From the NCBI RefSeq assembly GCF_963921235.1, contig NC_086109.1, forward strand, positions 8,620,001 to 8,684,000: DNA of 64,000 nucleotides. The letters run 5' to 3'. Made by a program: the position numbers and the translations under genes. Position 1 is the first letter of the stretch. Every line of letters starts with the position of its first letter. The notes under the pieces are model-generated. The model made no database searches. It saw only the letters and a list, made by a program, of their open reading frames with translations, and had not been told where the DNA came from. Source of the stretch: Mobula hypostoma (lineage: Eukaryota). Below are positions 1 through 11,449 of the stretch, piece by piece.

Positions 1-191
1 AACTAGTTACATGGGAGTGTGTTTGGGCGGCGCGGTCTCATTGGAACAGATACTGTTACTATACTGTATCTCCAAATGAAAATGAAAAAGCTGCACCTCA
101 GATACCTTCTAAAACTTTCACCTCTCACCTTGTACTTTTGCCCTCTAGTTGATAGTTGCCCTTTCCCTGTATGCTTTCCCCCTATATATAC

Positions 192-405
192 CCATCATGG
201 GTGGTGGAGTGGAGATAAGTCTCTACCAAAGGAGGTGTAAGGCACCCCCTTCCTTCCACTAGTCTACAGGTCACCCTTAGGCAAGGTGTAGCACCTGGTT
301 AACCCCCTCCCGGTCAGAGTCACGTGAAGCCATGGGAGCAGGTGGCAGATGGTCGTATGAGCAGCTGGTGCACATCACAAGTCCTGCTTGTGGGACCACT
401 GACGA
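192..405 (+). mobile_element. Short non-coding repeat, possibly an RTE-like 5' UTR derivative
   Basis: GC-richer island (ggtcacccttaggcaaggtgtagcacctgg...gagcagctggtgcacatcacaagtcctg) between LINE relics; family assignment and strand are inference. Confidence 0.3.
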
Positions 406-444
406 AGAGTACTGATCCAGAGGAAAGCAACACAAGCTTGTCTA

Positions 445-670
445 ACGTCTCATTATAGCACATGCTCTCTAATCCAGGTGAACCTCTTCTGCACCCTCTT
501 GAAAGCCTCCACGACCTTTAAGTTGTGGGGGAGACCGGAACAGAATGCAATACTGCAGATGTAGCCTAACCAGAGTTTTGTAAAACTGCAGTGTAACTCC
601 CTGACTCTTGAACTGAATGTCTTGATTTATAAAGGCAAGCACCTCAAACACCTTCTTCACTACCCTACTG
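445..670 (-). mobile_element. CR1-clade LINE ORF2 C-terminal fragment
   Basis: Minus translation LAFINQDIQFKSQGVTLQFYKTLVRLHLQYC resembles the CR1 motif LYKTLVRPHLEYC. Confidence 0.8.
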
Positions 671-1752
671 TAGAACGTAGAATTTTACCACACAGGAACT
701 CTTCAGCCTTCGTTGTTGTGCCATACTAATTAAACTAGTAATTAAACGCCTAACTAAAGTAATCAAATCTTCGTACACAATGTCTACAACGCTCCATTCC
801 CTGCAAATTCGTATCTCTTAAATGCCACATTCGTATCTGCTTCCATCACCATCCTGGGTAACACTTACCAGGCACTCCATAAAAAACCACACACCTTTGA
901 ACTTTACCTTATTCATCTTAAATGCATGCCCCCTCGTATTAAACATCTTTACCTTGAGTAGGAGCATTATCTATGACTCTCAAAATGTCATAGACTTTCT
1001 ATGTGTGACAATAAATTATTACCGAATAAGTAATCCTCCAGTGACCTGGTGGGTTGAGGAAGGTCAGCTGGCGTTCAGACATGTTTCTCTCCTCTCGTGA
1101 ATTAATGCCTTTCCAAGCAGATTCAGCAAATGCAACCTCCGTCTCATAAGAGCAGGTTGAAGTCATAAAGAAAGTAATTAATAGGAGTTTCAGTTTCTCA
1201 ATAGAGGCCGACAGCAAGCTCCCAACAGTAACAAGATGATTCTCACCCCAATAAAATGCTTGGGGGAAGGAAAGAAACTTGCTGCATTTGTCGATGCTTG
1301 CACTTTGTGGCAGTACTAGGTAGGACAATAGTAAGACCATAAGACAGATACTGGAGCAGAATTAAGCCATTTGGCCCATCAAGCTACTCCTGCATTCAAT
1401 CATGGCAGACTCACACAACCTTTCAACTTGTCCATCCTCATTCCAAAGTACAGCCTCCTCCTGGTAGGACTCTCCACATACTGTTTCAGAAAACCCTTCT
1501 GGATGCATGCTATGAATTCTGTCTAAGCTCCCTGCACTCAGACAACTCCAGACAATAGAAGGAGTATTACATTCCCCCATTACTACAGTATAATTCCATT
1601 ACACTTACACCTTTTTGTAATCTGCCTACATATCTGTTTTTGTGCTTCCTGCTGACTGCAGGGAGGCTCGCTGTACAATCCCTTCAAATTTACTGCCTCT
1701 TTCTTATTCCTAAATTCTACCATATGGCTTAAATGAACAGGATATTGTAAGC

Positions 1753-2100
1753 CATAAGACCATTAGCATAGGAGCAGAATTAGGCCATTCAGCCCATCGA
1801 GTCTGCCCCCCCATTTCATCATGGCTGATTTATTATCTCTCTCAATCCCATTTGCCTGCCTTCTCCCCATAACCTTTGACACCCTTACTAATCAAGAACC
1901 TATCGACTTCCACTTTAAATAAACCCAATGACTTGACCTCCGCAGCCATCCGTGGCAATGAATTCCACAGATTCACCACCCTCTAGCTAAAGAAATGCCT
2001 CCCCATATCAGTTCTAAAGGGAAGTCCTTCTACTCTGAGGCTGTGTCCTCAGGTCCAAGACTCCCTCACTATTAGAAGCACCCTCTCCACATCCACCCTA
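1753..2100 (-). mobile_element. CR1-clade LINE 3' end with short-repeat tail
   Basis: cataagaccattagcataggagcagaattaggccattcagcccatcgag tail plus RT C-terminal region (gaattccacagattcaccacc = VVNLWNS on minus). Confidence 0.8.
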
Positions 2101-2289
2101 GCGAGACAGAAATGACATAACTTGCAATTCTTCAGCAGCAGGTCAATGGGCACCTTTGAGAGACAAAGTCAAGGAGTACAGATGAAGGCCCTTCATACTT
2201 GGAAGAGTACAGGGAATATATAAAAGGGACAAGGGTCCAAGTTACAGGTGAAGGCTGAGTAGGTTAGAACTTCATTACCTGGAGCACAC

Positions 2290-2660
2290 GGGAATGAGAA
2301 AGATCTTACTGAGGTACAGTACACATACAAGATCATGAAGGATGTAGTTAAGGCGAATGCATGGAGTCTTTCCCTCCTCAGGTTGGGTGAGAGCACAACT
2401 CATAGGTTCAGGGTGAAAAGTGAAATATTTAAGGGGAAGCTGAGGGGCAACCTCTTCACTCAAAGCCTGCGAGAGGAAGGCGGGTATATGGAATGAGATG
2501 CCAGCGGAAGTGGTCAACATGGGTTTAGTGGTGACACAAGAGAAGTTTGGGAAAGGTGCGTGGATGGTCTGGGTGCAGGTAGATGGGACTAGGCAGAAGG
2601 CCAGGTTGGCACAGAAAGATGGGCCGAAGGACCTGTTTCTGTGTCCTAGTGCTCTGTCAC
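2290..2660 (+). mobile_element. CR1-clade LINE 3' fragment
   Basis: Degenerate DLTEVY..I..., HRFRVK and tggaatgag motifs, followed by 3' UTR gatgggccgaaggacctgtttctgtg. Confidence 0.7.
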
Positions 2661-3151
2661 TCTGCTAACAAAGTTGTCTAACTGAGCTAGTCCCACTTTA
2701 CTGCCCTTGGCCCATACCCCCCGAAACCTTCCCTCTCAACGAACCTGTCTAAATGCATTTTAGATGTTGTAATTGTACCAGTCTCTACCACTTCCTCTGG
2801 CAGCTCGTTCCATATACCCACCTCCCTCTTCCAGTCTTCAAAGGGACCATAGCTGAACATAAATGGTTCTTGGAGAAGCTAGTCTACCCTGAAACACCCT
2901 TCCCCAAGTGTCAAAACTAGCGCATGGCCACAGATACTGGAGCAGATGACATAGCGCTGCAGTGCTGCACAGAAAGTGGCGTTTACTGCCATCTGCACAA
3001 GAGCATGTCTGCACAGATGCAACAGAAAGCTACTTGCTGGAGCAGCACAGACCCAGAGCATCAGAGACGCAAACTTCACAAGGAAACCATAAATGATACA
3101 AAGCCATGCAAGGAAGAACACAATTACAGCAGAGAGAGAGAGAGAAAAAAA

Positions 3152-3830
3152 GCACACACGCAAGAAATTCTGCAGATGCTGAAAATCCAAAGCAACACGT
3201 ACACAAAATACTGCAGGAACTCAGCAGGTCCGGCAGCATCTATAGAAATTATTAAACAGTCGACACTTCAGGCTGAGACACCTCTTCAGGACTGAGACGG
3301 AAGGAATAAAAAGGAGGAGAGAGGAGGAGGAAGCTATCTGGAGGTGATAGGCAAAGTCTTTTGGGTTGGAGAAGAAGGAATCTGATAGGAGAGGAGAGTG
3401 GACCATTGGAGAAAGAAGAGGAGGGGACCCATAGGGAAGTAATAGGCAGCTGAGAAGAAGTGGGGAATAAAGGAAGGGGGTTAGATTTGTTCACCAGAAG
3501 GAGAAATCAATATTCATGCCATCAGGTTGGAAGGTAACCAAATGGAATATAAGGTGTTCTCCTCCACCCCATGGGTATAGCCTCGTCTTGGCACAAGAGG
3601 AGGCCATGGACCAACATGTCAGAATTTGAATGGGAATGGGAATTAAAATGTCTGGCCACTGTGAAGTTCTGCTTTTGGTAGGTGGTGTGGAGGTGCTCAA
3701 CAAAGCGGTCCCCCAATTTACGTCGGCTCTCACCAACATAGAGGGGGCCGCATCGGGAGCACCAGCCACAGTAGACAACCCCAGCAGATTTGCAGGTGAA
3801 GCGTTCCCTCGCCTGGAAGGAAAACAACGT
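3152..3830 (-). mobile_element. Penelope-like element 3' fragment: GIY-YIG endonuclease plus terminal repeat with hammerhead motif
   Basis: Minus ORF contains FTCKSAGVVYCGWCSRCGPLYVGESRRKLGDRFVEHL...VARHFNS (VVY...YVG, R, H pattern of PLE GIY-YIG); frameshifted near its C-terminus. Confidence 0.85.
3257..3294 (-). ncRNA. Degenerate minimal type I hammerhead ribozyme motif
   Basis: Minus: CAGTC-CTGAAGA-GGTGTCTCAGCCT-GAAGTGTC-GACTG; stem I CAGTC/GACTG intact, GAAAC core mutated. Confidence 0.6.
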
Positions 3831-4282
3831 CCATTGTGGTGCCAAGTGGTCACTGTAGGTCATAGTACTGAGGAAGTGACCGGATTTGTTCCGGCTGATT
3901 GATGAACCAAATGGTGCAAGGGAAGCCACTGCTGTTGAAGCTGGTGGTGTGGAAGCATGTTGGAGGGTCAGAGACTCTATCTGCCATAGGCATGATATGA
4001 CTTAGAGAAGGGCAGGAGCCTTTGCCATGGTAATCTTTATATTTCTCAATTAAATTCTCGGATGTCAAGCATTACTGGAGAACTACCTCCTTAAAGTAGC
4101 CATTCAGTCAACCAAGACATTACTGATGCACCTCTCTCGATGGTTGCTTCAATTGCTTTTCACACTTCTCTAACTTCCTTTCCTCCTTTAAGTTACTCTT
4201 TAACACCTCCTCATCTGACCAGGTCTTGTGCTGATATTGGTCCACTGCCCACATATTCTAAACTTAAGAGAAGACTTTAAGC

Positions 4283-5000
4283 CATAGGACCGTAAGATAC
4301 AGGACCAGAGTTAGGCCATTTGACCTATTGAGTCTACTCCACCATTTCACCGTGGCTGAATCATTTCCCTCTCAGCCCCAAGCTCATGTCTTCTCCCTGT
4401 AACCTTTCACACCCTGACTAATCAAGAACATGTCAGCCTTCGCTTTAAGTACACCCAAAGGCCTGGCCTCCACAGCTACCTGTGGCAAAGATTTCCACAG
4501 ATTCATCACCCTCTGGCTGAAGGAATTTCTCCTCATCTGTCTTCTAAAATGACACCCCTCTATTCTGAGGCCGTGCACTCCCTCAACATAGCCTCTCCAC
4601 ATCCACTCTATCTAAGCCTTTCAACATCTGCTAGGTTTCAATTAGATCTTCCCTCATTCTTCTAAACTACAGCGAGTAAAGACCCAGTGCCATCGGTCAC
4701 TCCGCAAAAGATAAATCTTTCATTCCTGGAATCACTCTCGTGAACCTCCTCTGAACCCTCTCCAAGATCAGCACATCCTTTCTTCTATAGGAGGCCCAAA
4801 CCTGCTCACAATACTCCGAGTGAGGCCTCACCAATACCTTATAAAACCTCAACATTACATCCTTGCTTTTATATTCTAGTCCTCTTGAAACCAATGCCAA
4901 TATTACAATCGCCGTCCTCATCACCGACTCAACCTGTAAGTTAACCCTTAGGGAATCCTGCACGATAACTCCCAAGTCCCTTTGTACCCCGGATTTTATG
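4283..5000 (-). mobile_element. CR1-clade LINE 3' fragment (~700 bp)
   Basis: Minus ORFs GVIVQDSLRVNLQVE...FYKVLVRPHSEYCEQVW...ILERVQRRFTRVIPGMK and HGLRIEG...FSQRVMNLWKSLP; CR1-type tail at ~4283-4330. Confidence 0.9.
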
Positions 5001-5367
5001 AATTTTCTTCATGTTCACGTATAAACCTACTAAGTATTGCTTTTAACTATCTACGAGTACCTCACTTTACAGAGTTTATAGTATCAACCCACACCTCAAG
5101 GAATAATTTGCTTCATAGTTTTGTCTCCACAGCATGGTTTAGCTGCAAATAATGACTATTTGAACATCAGGACACCCTCCCTTCCAGCCAACTAAGTTTA
5201 TTTTATATTCAGTGATTCAGATTTAATATGAATGAATGATCCTTGACATAGACTTAAAACTCAAAGAAGATTTTTAACTATTAAAAAATTTTCAAATTAT
5301 GAAAGATTTCTTAACTGCAAAGGATTTCCAAACACAGGTACAATTCTAACATATTGAAAAGAGTATC

Positions 5368-6048
5368 AACGATTCTACTTCCTGAGAAGTTTGTGGATAT
5401 TTGGCATGACATCTAAAACTTTGACAAACTTCCCTTGATGTGTGGTGGAGAGTATATTGACTGGCTGCATCACAGCCTAGTATGGAAACACCAATGCCCT
5501 TGAAGGGAAAATCTTACAAAAACTAATGGATATGGCCCAATCCTTTGCAGGTAAAACCCTCCCCACCATTGAGCACATCTACACAAAGCACAATTACAGG
5601 AAAGCGGCATCCGTCGTCAGGGGTCCCACCACCCAGGACATGCTGGCATTAGGAAGAAGGTACAGGACCCACACCACCAGGTTCAGGAACAGCTATTACC
5701 CCTCAACCATCAGACTCTTGAACCAGAGGGGATAACTTCACTCAACTTCACTTGCCCCATCACTGAACTGTTCCCACAACCCATGGACTCACCTTCAAGG
5801 ACTTTTCACTCACGTTCTCGATATTTATTGCTTATTTATTTATTTTTATTATTATTATTTCATTTTTCTTTCTCTTTTTTGTATTTGCACAGTTAGATGT
5901 CTTTTGCACATTGGTTGCCCACTCTGTCGGTGTAGCTTTTCATTGATTCTGTTATGGTTATCGGACTTATTGAGAAAATGAATCTCAGGTACATGGTGAC
6001 ATGGTGACATCTATTTACTCTGATAATAAGTTTAATTTGAAATTTGAT
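5368..6048 (+). mobile_element. Rex1/Babar-like LINE 3' fragment
   Basis: VESILTGCITA*YGN...RFRNSYYPSTIRLLN and 3' UTR ending tgataataagtttaatttgaaatttga; homologous to 60975-61680. Confidence 0.75.
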
Positions 6049-6819
6049 TTGGAGATGACCAAGTCAACTGTCACAGAAAACAATAGCCAAGGAATAAATT
6101 CTAGGTCTTCTGTCTGCCATTCCACCTTGTCATTCCGAACAATTCTGACTATTTTCTAATATCTACTCTGTTTTGCCTCTAACTGACATCATCTGCATGT
6201 GATGTTTATCCAGTTGCATTCATTAGGCCAGGGGAATCCAATGTTTTATTTGGCCAGCGTAGACCTCTCTGTCTCTCTTGATTAAATCATGGGCCAGTGA
6301 GAACCTCATTGTTCACTTGTTCATGATGCGAGGCTAAGCAAGAAATATTAGTTAGAAGGTTAACTTACACAACAACAACTCTTTGACCCTTTGATCCTTG
6401 GAAGGGAAATGTTAGAAAGCTGAGGTCACCAATAAGCCCTATGGGCACTGGAAAGTGAATATCCTTCACAATCTTTACCTCTAACGCCTCCTTATATTGT
6501 TTGGAATTTTAGAATAGTAAGGCTCCAGCAAACTCCCTTAGTATATGTATGTTATTGTGCTAAAGTACAGGGCACATGGATGATAGAAAAATGCAAGGCA
6601 ATGCAGGAGCAAAGGCTAAGATTGATCTCAGAGTAGATTAAAAGGTCAGAACAATGTTGTGGGCAAAAGGGCCTGTACTGTTCATTGTTTTATGCTCTAT
6701 GTTCTACACCTCAATGGAACGTATTTTAGTTTGTAATGTGAGGTCAGAAAGTAACTGTACGCAGAAGAACCTAGAAATAATCTTCGAGGGCATAGCTTCA
6801 AGCAACAACATCTCTTGTT

Positions 6820-7111
6820 AATCATAAACAGAAGGAAGTCCACCAATACTGGAAATCCAAATCAACACACACAAAATTCTAGAGAAACTCAGCAGGTCAA
6901 GCAGCATCGATGGAGAGGAATAAAGAGTCGACATATCAAACGGAGACTCTTCTTCAACACTGGAGATGTTTCAGGCCAAGACCCTTCTTTAGCACTAGAG
7001 AAGACCTCCAGTCCTGAAGAAGGGTGTCGGCCTGAAATGCCGACTGTTTAATCATTTCCATAGATGCTGCCTCACTTGCTGAGTTCCTCCAGCATTTTGA
7101 GTGTGTTGCTT
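6820..7111. mobile_element. Fold-back non-autonomous Penelope-like terminal-repeat element with 13-bp flanking direct repeat
   Basis: Arms caacacacacaaaattctagagaaactcagcagg... and ...gctgagttcctccagcattttgagtgtgttg are reverse complements; aacatctcttgtt occurs at 6807-6819 and 7112-7124. Confidence 0.8.
7009..7046 (+). ncRNA. Minimal type I hammerhead ribozyme motif (cleavage triplet mutated)
   Basis: CAGTC-CTGAAGA-A-GGG-TGTCGG-CCT-GAAA-TGCC-GACTG: CUGANGA and GAAA cores, stems I and II present. Confidence 0.7.
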
Positions 7112-7484
7112 AACATCTCTTGTTTCTTAGAAATACACAGCCGCAGCCCATTTTCCCCCCTATTGCTCGCTCGTTTAAAAGCCTAGATGCAATAGCAGTG
7201 GCATGCAGCCCAGTGGTGTCGTGGGTAGGATGTCACAGCTCTGCGGTCACATGCTGCAGCCTCAACATCGTTCATTCCTGAATCTACTGGTTACAGCAGT
7301 GGTGAGGAGCATCAGTTCTCCGTCCAACCACCAGGGGGACACCTTGTGATACCACCTGAGGCAAACAAAAAGTTTTGGCATTTTGCATAAAACTGGAATT
7401 GAATTGGAAGTGGTTTGTTATTGCCACAGGAAGAGGAGGAGGAGTAGCTCACCCTCTCCATCCTAATCCATCGCTGAATACAAT

Positions 7485-7768
7485 GGGTGACATGGTCGTT
7501 AACACAACGCCTTACAGTACAGGGAACTGGGATTTGATTCACCGCGCTCCCTGTAAAGAGTTTGAACTTTCTCCCTGTGACCACATGGGTTTCCTCCTGG
7601 TGCTTCAGTTTCCTCCCACAGTCCAACGTGTACTGATTGGTAATTTAATTGGTCATTGTAAATTCTCACATGATTAGACCAGGGTTAAATCAGGGGGTTC
7701 CTTGGCAGTGTGGCTCATAGGGCCAGAGAGGTCTATTCCAAGTTGTATCTCAATAAATAAATAAATAA
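7485..7768 (+). mobile_element. V-SINE (HE1-like)
   Basis: V-domain-like core ctgtaaagagtttgaactttctccctgtgaccacatgggtttcctcctggtgcttcagtttcctcccacagtcc; (aata)n tail. Confidence 0.8.
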
Positions 7769-7989
7769 CCAAACAATCTCCTATCTCAGCACCCTTTTCT
7801 TGAGTTTTTCCTGCAATTGTCCATCACAGGCAAAGCCCTCCTCACCACTGAGTAAACTCACACAGAGCACATCCTCTAGAAAGCATGTTGTCTTCTTGCA
7901 ACTACCACCAGGCAGGAGGTACAGGAGCCTCAGGTCCCACTCCACCAGGTCCAGGAACAGTTATTACCCTGCAACCATCAGGTATGGGT

Positions 7990-8615
7990 CAAGCAACACA
8001 CATAAAAGAAGCTGGTGAACGCAGCAGGCCGGGCAGCATCTCTAGGAAGAGGTACAGTTGACGTTTCAGGCCGAGACCCTTCATCAAGATTAACTGAAAG
8101 AAGAGTTAGTAAGAGATTTGAAAGTGGGAGGGGGAGAGGGAGATCCAAAATGATAGGAGAAGACAGGAGGGGGAGGGATGGAGCCAAGAGCTGGACAGGT
8201 GATTGGCAAAAGGGATATGACAGGATCATGGGACAGGAGGCCCAGGGAGAAGGAAAAGGGGGAGGGGGGAAAACCCAGAGGATGGGCAAGGCGTATAGTG
8301 AGAGGGACAGAGGGAGAAAAAGGAGAGAGAGAGAAAGAAAGTGTGGATATAAATAAATAAATAACAGATGGGGTACGAGGGGGAGGTGGGACATTAGCGG
8401 AAGTTTGAGAAGTCAATGTTAGTGCCATCAGGTTGGAGGCTACCCAGACAGAATATAAGGTGTTGTTCCTCCAACCTGAGTGTGGCTTCATCTTTACAGT
8501 AGAGGAGGCCGTGGATAGACATATCAGAATGGGAATGGGATGTGGAATTAAAATGTGTGGCCACTGGGAGATCCTGCTTTCTCTGGCAGACAGAGCGTAG
8601 GTGTTCAGAGAAACG
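7990..8615 (-). mobile_element. Penelope-like element 3' fragment (GIY-YIG C-terminus plus terminal repeat)
   Basis: RFSEHLRSVCQRKQDLPVATHFNSTSHSHSDMSIHGLLYCKDEATLRLEEQHLIFCLGSLQPDGTNIDFSNFR, homologous to 3491-3720. Confidence 0.85.
8055..8092 (-). ncRNA. Minimal type I hammerhead ribozyme motif (first core C mutated)
   Basis: Minus: TAATC-TTGATGA-A-GGG-TCTCGG-CCT-GAAACGTC-AACTG; palindromic ACGT stem III and GUC triplet intact, stem I imperfect. Confidence 0.7.
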
Positions 8616-8981
8616 ATAAGGTAGGGTCAACTTTGACCTGATTCTACGACTTACAGACTCACTTTCAATGACTCTTCAACTCATGCTCTCAGTATTATTT
8701 TATTTGCACAGTTTTCCTTCTTTTGCACATTGATACTTCGTTAGCCTTGTCCGTAAAATTTCTGTTGTATTTCTTTATTTTCCTGTAAATGCCTGCAAGA
8801 AAATGGATCTCAAGGTAGTATATAGTGACATATACATATGTACTTCGACTGTAAGTTTACTTTGAACTTTAAACCCTTGATTCCGCTAATATTTAGAAAC
8901 CCTGTGAGCTTGGTCATGTTTGGAATTGGAAAAGGGAGTTGATTTTTATTGTCAAGGTTTTTTTCAGGATAGGGTTCAGAT

Positions 8982-9380
8982 ATACAGATCTGTATAAAAG
9001 TCTTAAGCACATGTAAAAAAATCTGTCAAGTGTAAATGCTTTCAAAAGTAATGAAATGATAAGTTTCTAATTGTCAAAAAATTTACTATAAAGAGCAGAA
9101 AACAGTAAAAGACTAAATCCAATCAATTTTTACCGTTAAAACTGCATCTATTCTCTTAGGTACACTGTCGTGCAGTTTTATAAGAAAATTGGCTGGTAGG
9201 TTGTTCCAAGCATCTTGGAGAACTTTCCACAGTTCTTCTGCAGACTTTGGCTGTCTCGCTTGCTTCTGTCTCTCCAGGTAGTTCCAGACAGCCTCAGTGA
9301 TGTTGTGATCAGGGCTCTGCGGAGACCATACCTTCTGAAACCATGTAAAAAATCTAGCATGCCTGAGACGGTACTGCATT
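8982..9380 (-). mobile_element. Tc1/mariner transposon deletion derivative (transposase C-terminus)
   Basis: WSPQSPDHNITEAVWNYLERQKQARQPKSAEELWKVLQDAWNNLP...LHDSVPKRIDAVL matches the Tc1 WPxQSPDLNPIE motif; TIR-like tacagatctgtataaaagtcttaagcac at 8982. Confidence 0.85.
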
Positions 9381-9589
9381 ATCATTGACCTAGATGATGC
9401 TTTTGTGGCATGGAGACAGATCATTCCATATATAGGTGCATTGAGATGAGAAAAAGGAAAACAGAACACAAAATAGTACTACAGTTCCAGAAAATGTTCA
9501 GTAAAGTCAGATAAATAGAGTGCAAGGTAGAGTGGGAGATCAAGGGACCATCTTTTAACATACGATAGGTCTGTCTGTTGGGGAGTCTG

Positions 9590-10522
9590 TTAGTGGCATG
9601 GTAGCATAATACAGCACCAGCAATCCAGATTCAATTCCTACCACTGTCTGTAAGTAGTGACTATGTGGGTTGGATTATTAGATTAGATTATGAGGACACT
9701 CAGTCCTTGTTTATTGTTATTTAGAAATGCATGCATTAAGAAATGATACAATGTTCCTCCAGAGTGATATCACAAAAAAAACAGGACAAACCAAAGACTA
9801 ACACTGAATATAGTTACAGCAGTGCAAAGCAATACCATAATTTGATCAAGAGCAGACCATAGGCATGGTAAAAAAAAGTCTCAAAGTTCCAATCGACTCC
9901 CAATACTCCCCGATAGCAGGCGGCAAAAGGGAGAAACTCTCCCTACCATTAACCTCCAGGCGCCAACAACTGCCGATGCGTTGGAAGCACCCGACCACAG
10001 CTGACTCTGAGTCCGTCCAAAAACTTCGAGCCTGCGACACCGAGCACCGAGCACCATCTCCGCGAAGCACTTCAATCCTGCGCTGGCCGCCGAGCAACAA
10101 GCAAAGCCGAGGACTCAGGGCCTTCTCCTCCAGAGATTCTGGATCACACAGTAGCAGCGGCAGCGAAAAAGGCACTTCAGAAGTTTCTCCAGATGTTCCT
10201 CCGTGCTCTCACATCTGTCTCTATCAAATCAGGATTGTGCGCAGCACCCTACTTGACAGGTTACAGATATCGTGCACCGGAGTGGCTGCTGCGAGCTGCG
10301 TCGTGCCGCCATCTTCTCCTCCTTTCAGTTTCCTGCCATATTCCAGAGACAGATGGGTTAGTTAGGGTTAGCAATTTGTAGGCTTGTTATGTCAACTCCA
10401 GAAACTTGGCAACACTTACAGGCTACCCATAGCACATCCTCGGACAATGCCAGTCATTGACACAAACGCAGCATTTCGCCATATGTTTCGATATACATGT
10501 GACATTAAAGCTGATCTTTATC
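9590..10522 (+). mobile_element. Degenerate V-SINE-like element interrupted by a minus-strand insertion (~9672-10320)
   Basis: tRNA-like head (gattcaattcc B-box) ...gtgggtt breaks at ~9670 and resumes cagtttcctgccatattccagagac at ~10327. Confidence 0.6.
9672..10320 (-). mobile_element. Non-autonomous retroposon with GC-rich AAGATGGCGG 5' end and (AATCT)n tail
   Basis: Minus strand starts aggagaagatggcggcacgacgc and ends aataaacaaggactgagtgtcctcataatctaatctaat; CpG-rich. Confidence 0.6.
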
Positions 10523-10914
10523 ACCTTCCATTTAATCTGGCAGTGAGATAGAAGCTGTCCTCAAGGCTGGTGGCACATACCTCAAGCTTTTGTACCTTAT
10601 GCCTGATAGGAGGGAGGAGTAAAGAGAACGCTGTTGTGATAAAGGTCTATGATTCTGTTGGCTCCTTTCCTGAAGGAGCAGGAAGTATAAATAGTGGAGG
10701 GCAGGCTGTTTGGCGTGGTGGACTGGGCTGTGTTCACAGCTTGTAGCCTTGGCCAATCAATAACTGATCTTCTAGCATAAGGGATTCTAAGATTCACCAT
10801 TCCTTGAGTCAATCTCAATTCTAAATATACTATCCCTTATTTTGAGACCCTGATCCCAGTTTTAGACTCTCCAGACGGAGGAATCATCAGTCCTGTCAAA
10901 TGCTCCAAGAAGTC

Positions 10915-11170
10915 TTATTTAATTTAAAGATACTACATGGTAACATACCCTTCCAGTCCACAAGTCCCAGCTATCCAATTGTGGCCAAGTGACCAATTAA
11001 CCCATTAACCTGTACATATTTGGAATGTGGGAGGAAACCAGAGCACCCGGACAAAACCCATGCAATCGCGGGGAGAACGCACAAACTGCTTACAGATAGC
11101 GGCAGGAGTTGAACCTGGGTCTCTGGCACTGTAATAGAGTTAAACTAACTGCCTTGCTATCGTTCCACAC
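10915..11170 (-). mobile_element. V-SINE (HE1-like)
   Basis: tttggaatgtgggaggaaaccagagcacccggacaaaacccatgc...gagaacgcacaaact is the reverse of the V-domain core; B-box ggttcaactcc on minus. Confidence 0.8.
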
Positions 11171-11449
11171 AGAGGAAACAAAAAATACACATAAATTTTC
11201 AAGAAAGAACATAATTGGAACGTTCTATTTCAGTGAAAAATGATGACAGTGTTGCTACATTGTAGAGATTAAGGCTTTGTCAGTGGGTTCAAGAACGGAA
11301 TGGTTGAAGGGAAATAGCTGTTCTTGAACCTGGTGGTGTGGGGCTTCAGGTTTCTGTACCTTCTGCTTGGTGGTTCTTCTGATTAGACGGAAAAAATTTG
11401 ATTAGCTCTATTGACCTACAACTCTTTAAAACCCTGGTTAGACCACATT

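Larger units (their letters stand above)
7880..8875 (+). mobile_element. Rex1/Babar-like LINE 3' end split by a Penelope-like insertion
   Basis: LPPGRRYRSLRSHSTRSRNSYYPATIR at 7880-7985; 3' UTR resumes ~8650 and ends aagtttactttgaacttt. Confidence 0.7.

Noticed and set aside
2122..2153. Possible 32-bp minus-strand exon (VPIDLLLKNC) after a good pyrimidine tract and AG
   Set aside because: Donor AA|gttatg is weak and it abuts a CR1 fragment; insufficient support.
8015..8491. R/G/E-rich and P/L/S-rich overlapping ORFs
   Set aside because: Purine/pyrimidine-biased 3' UTR of the Penelope-like element.
9846..10381. Several 60-166 aa ORFs
   Set aside because: GC-rich non-autonomous element is open in multiple frames by composition; no recognisable domain.
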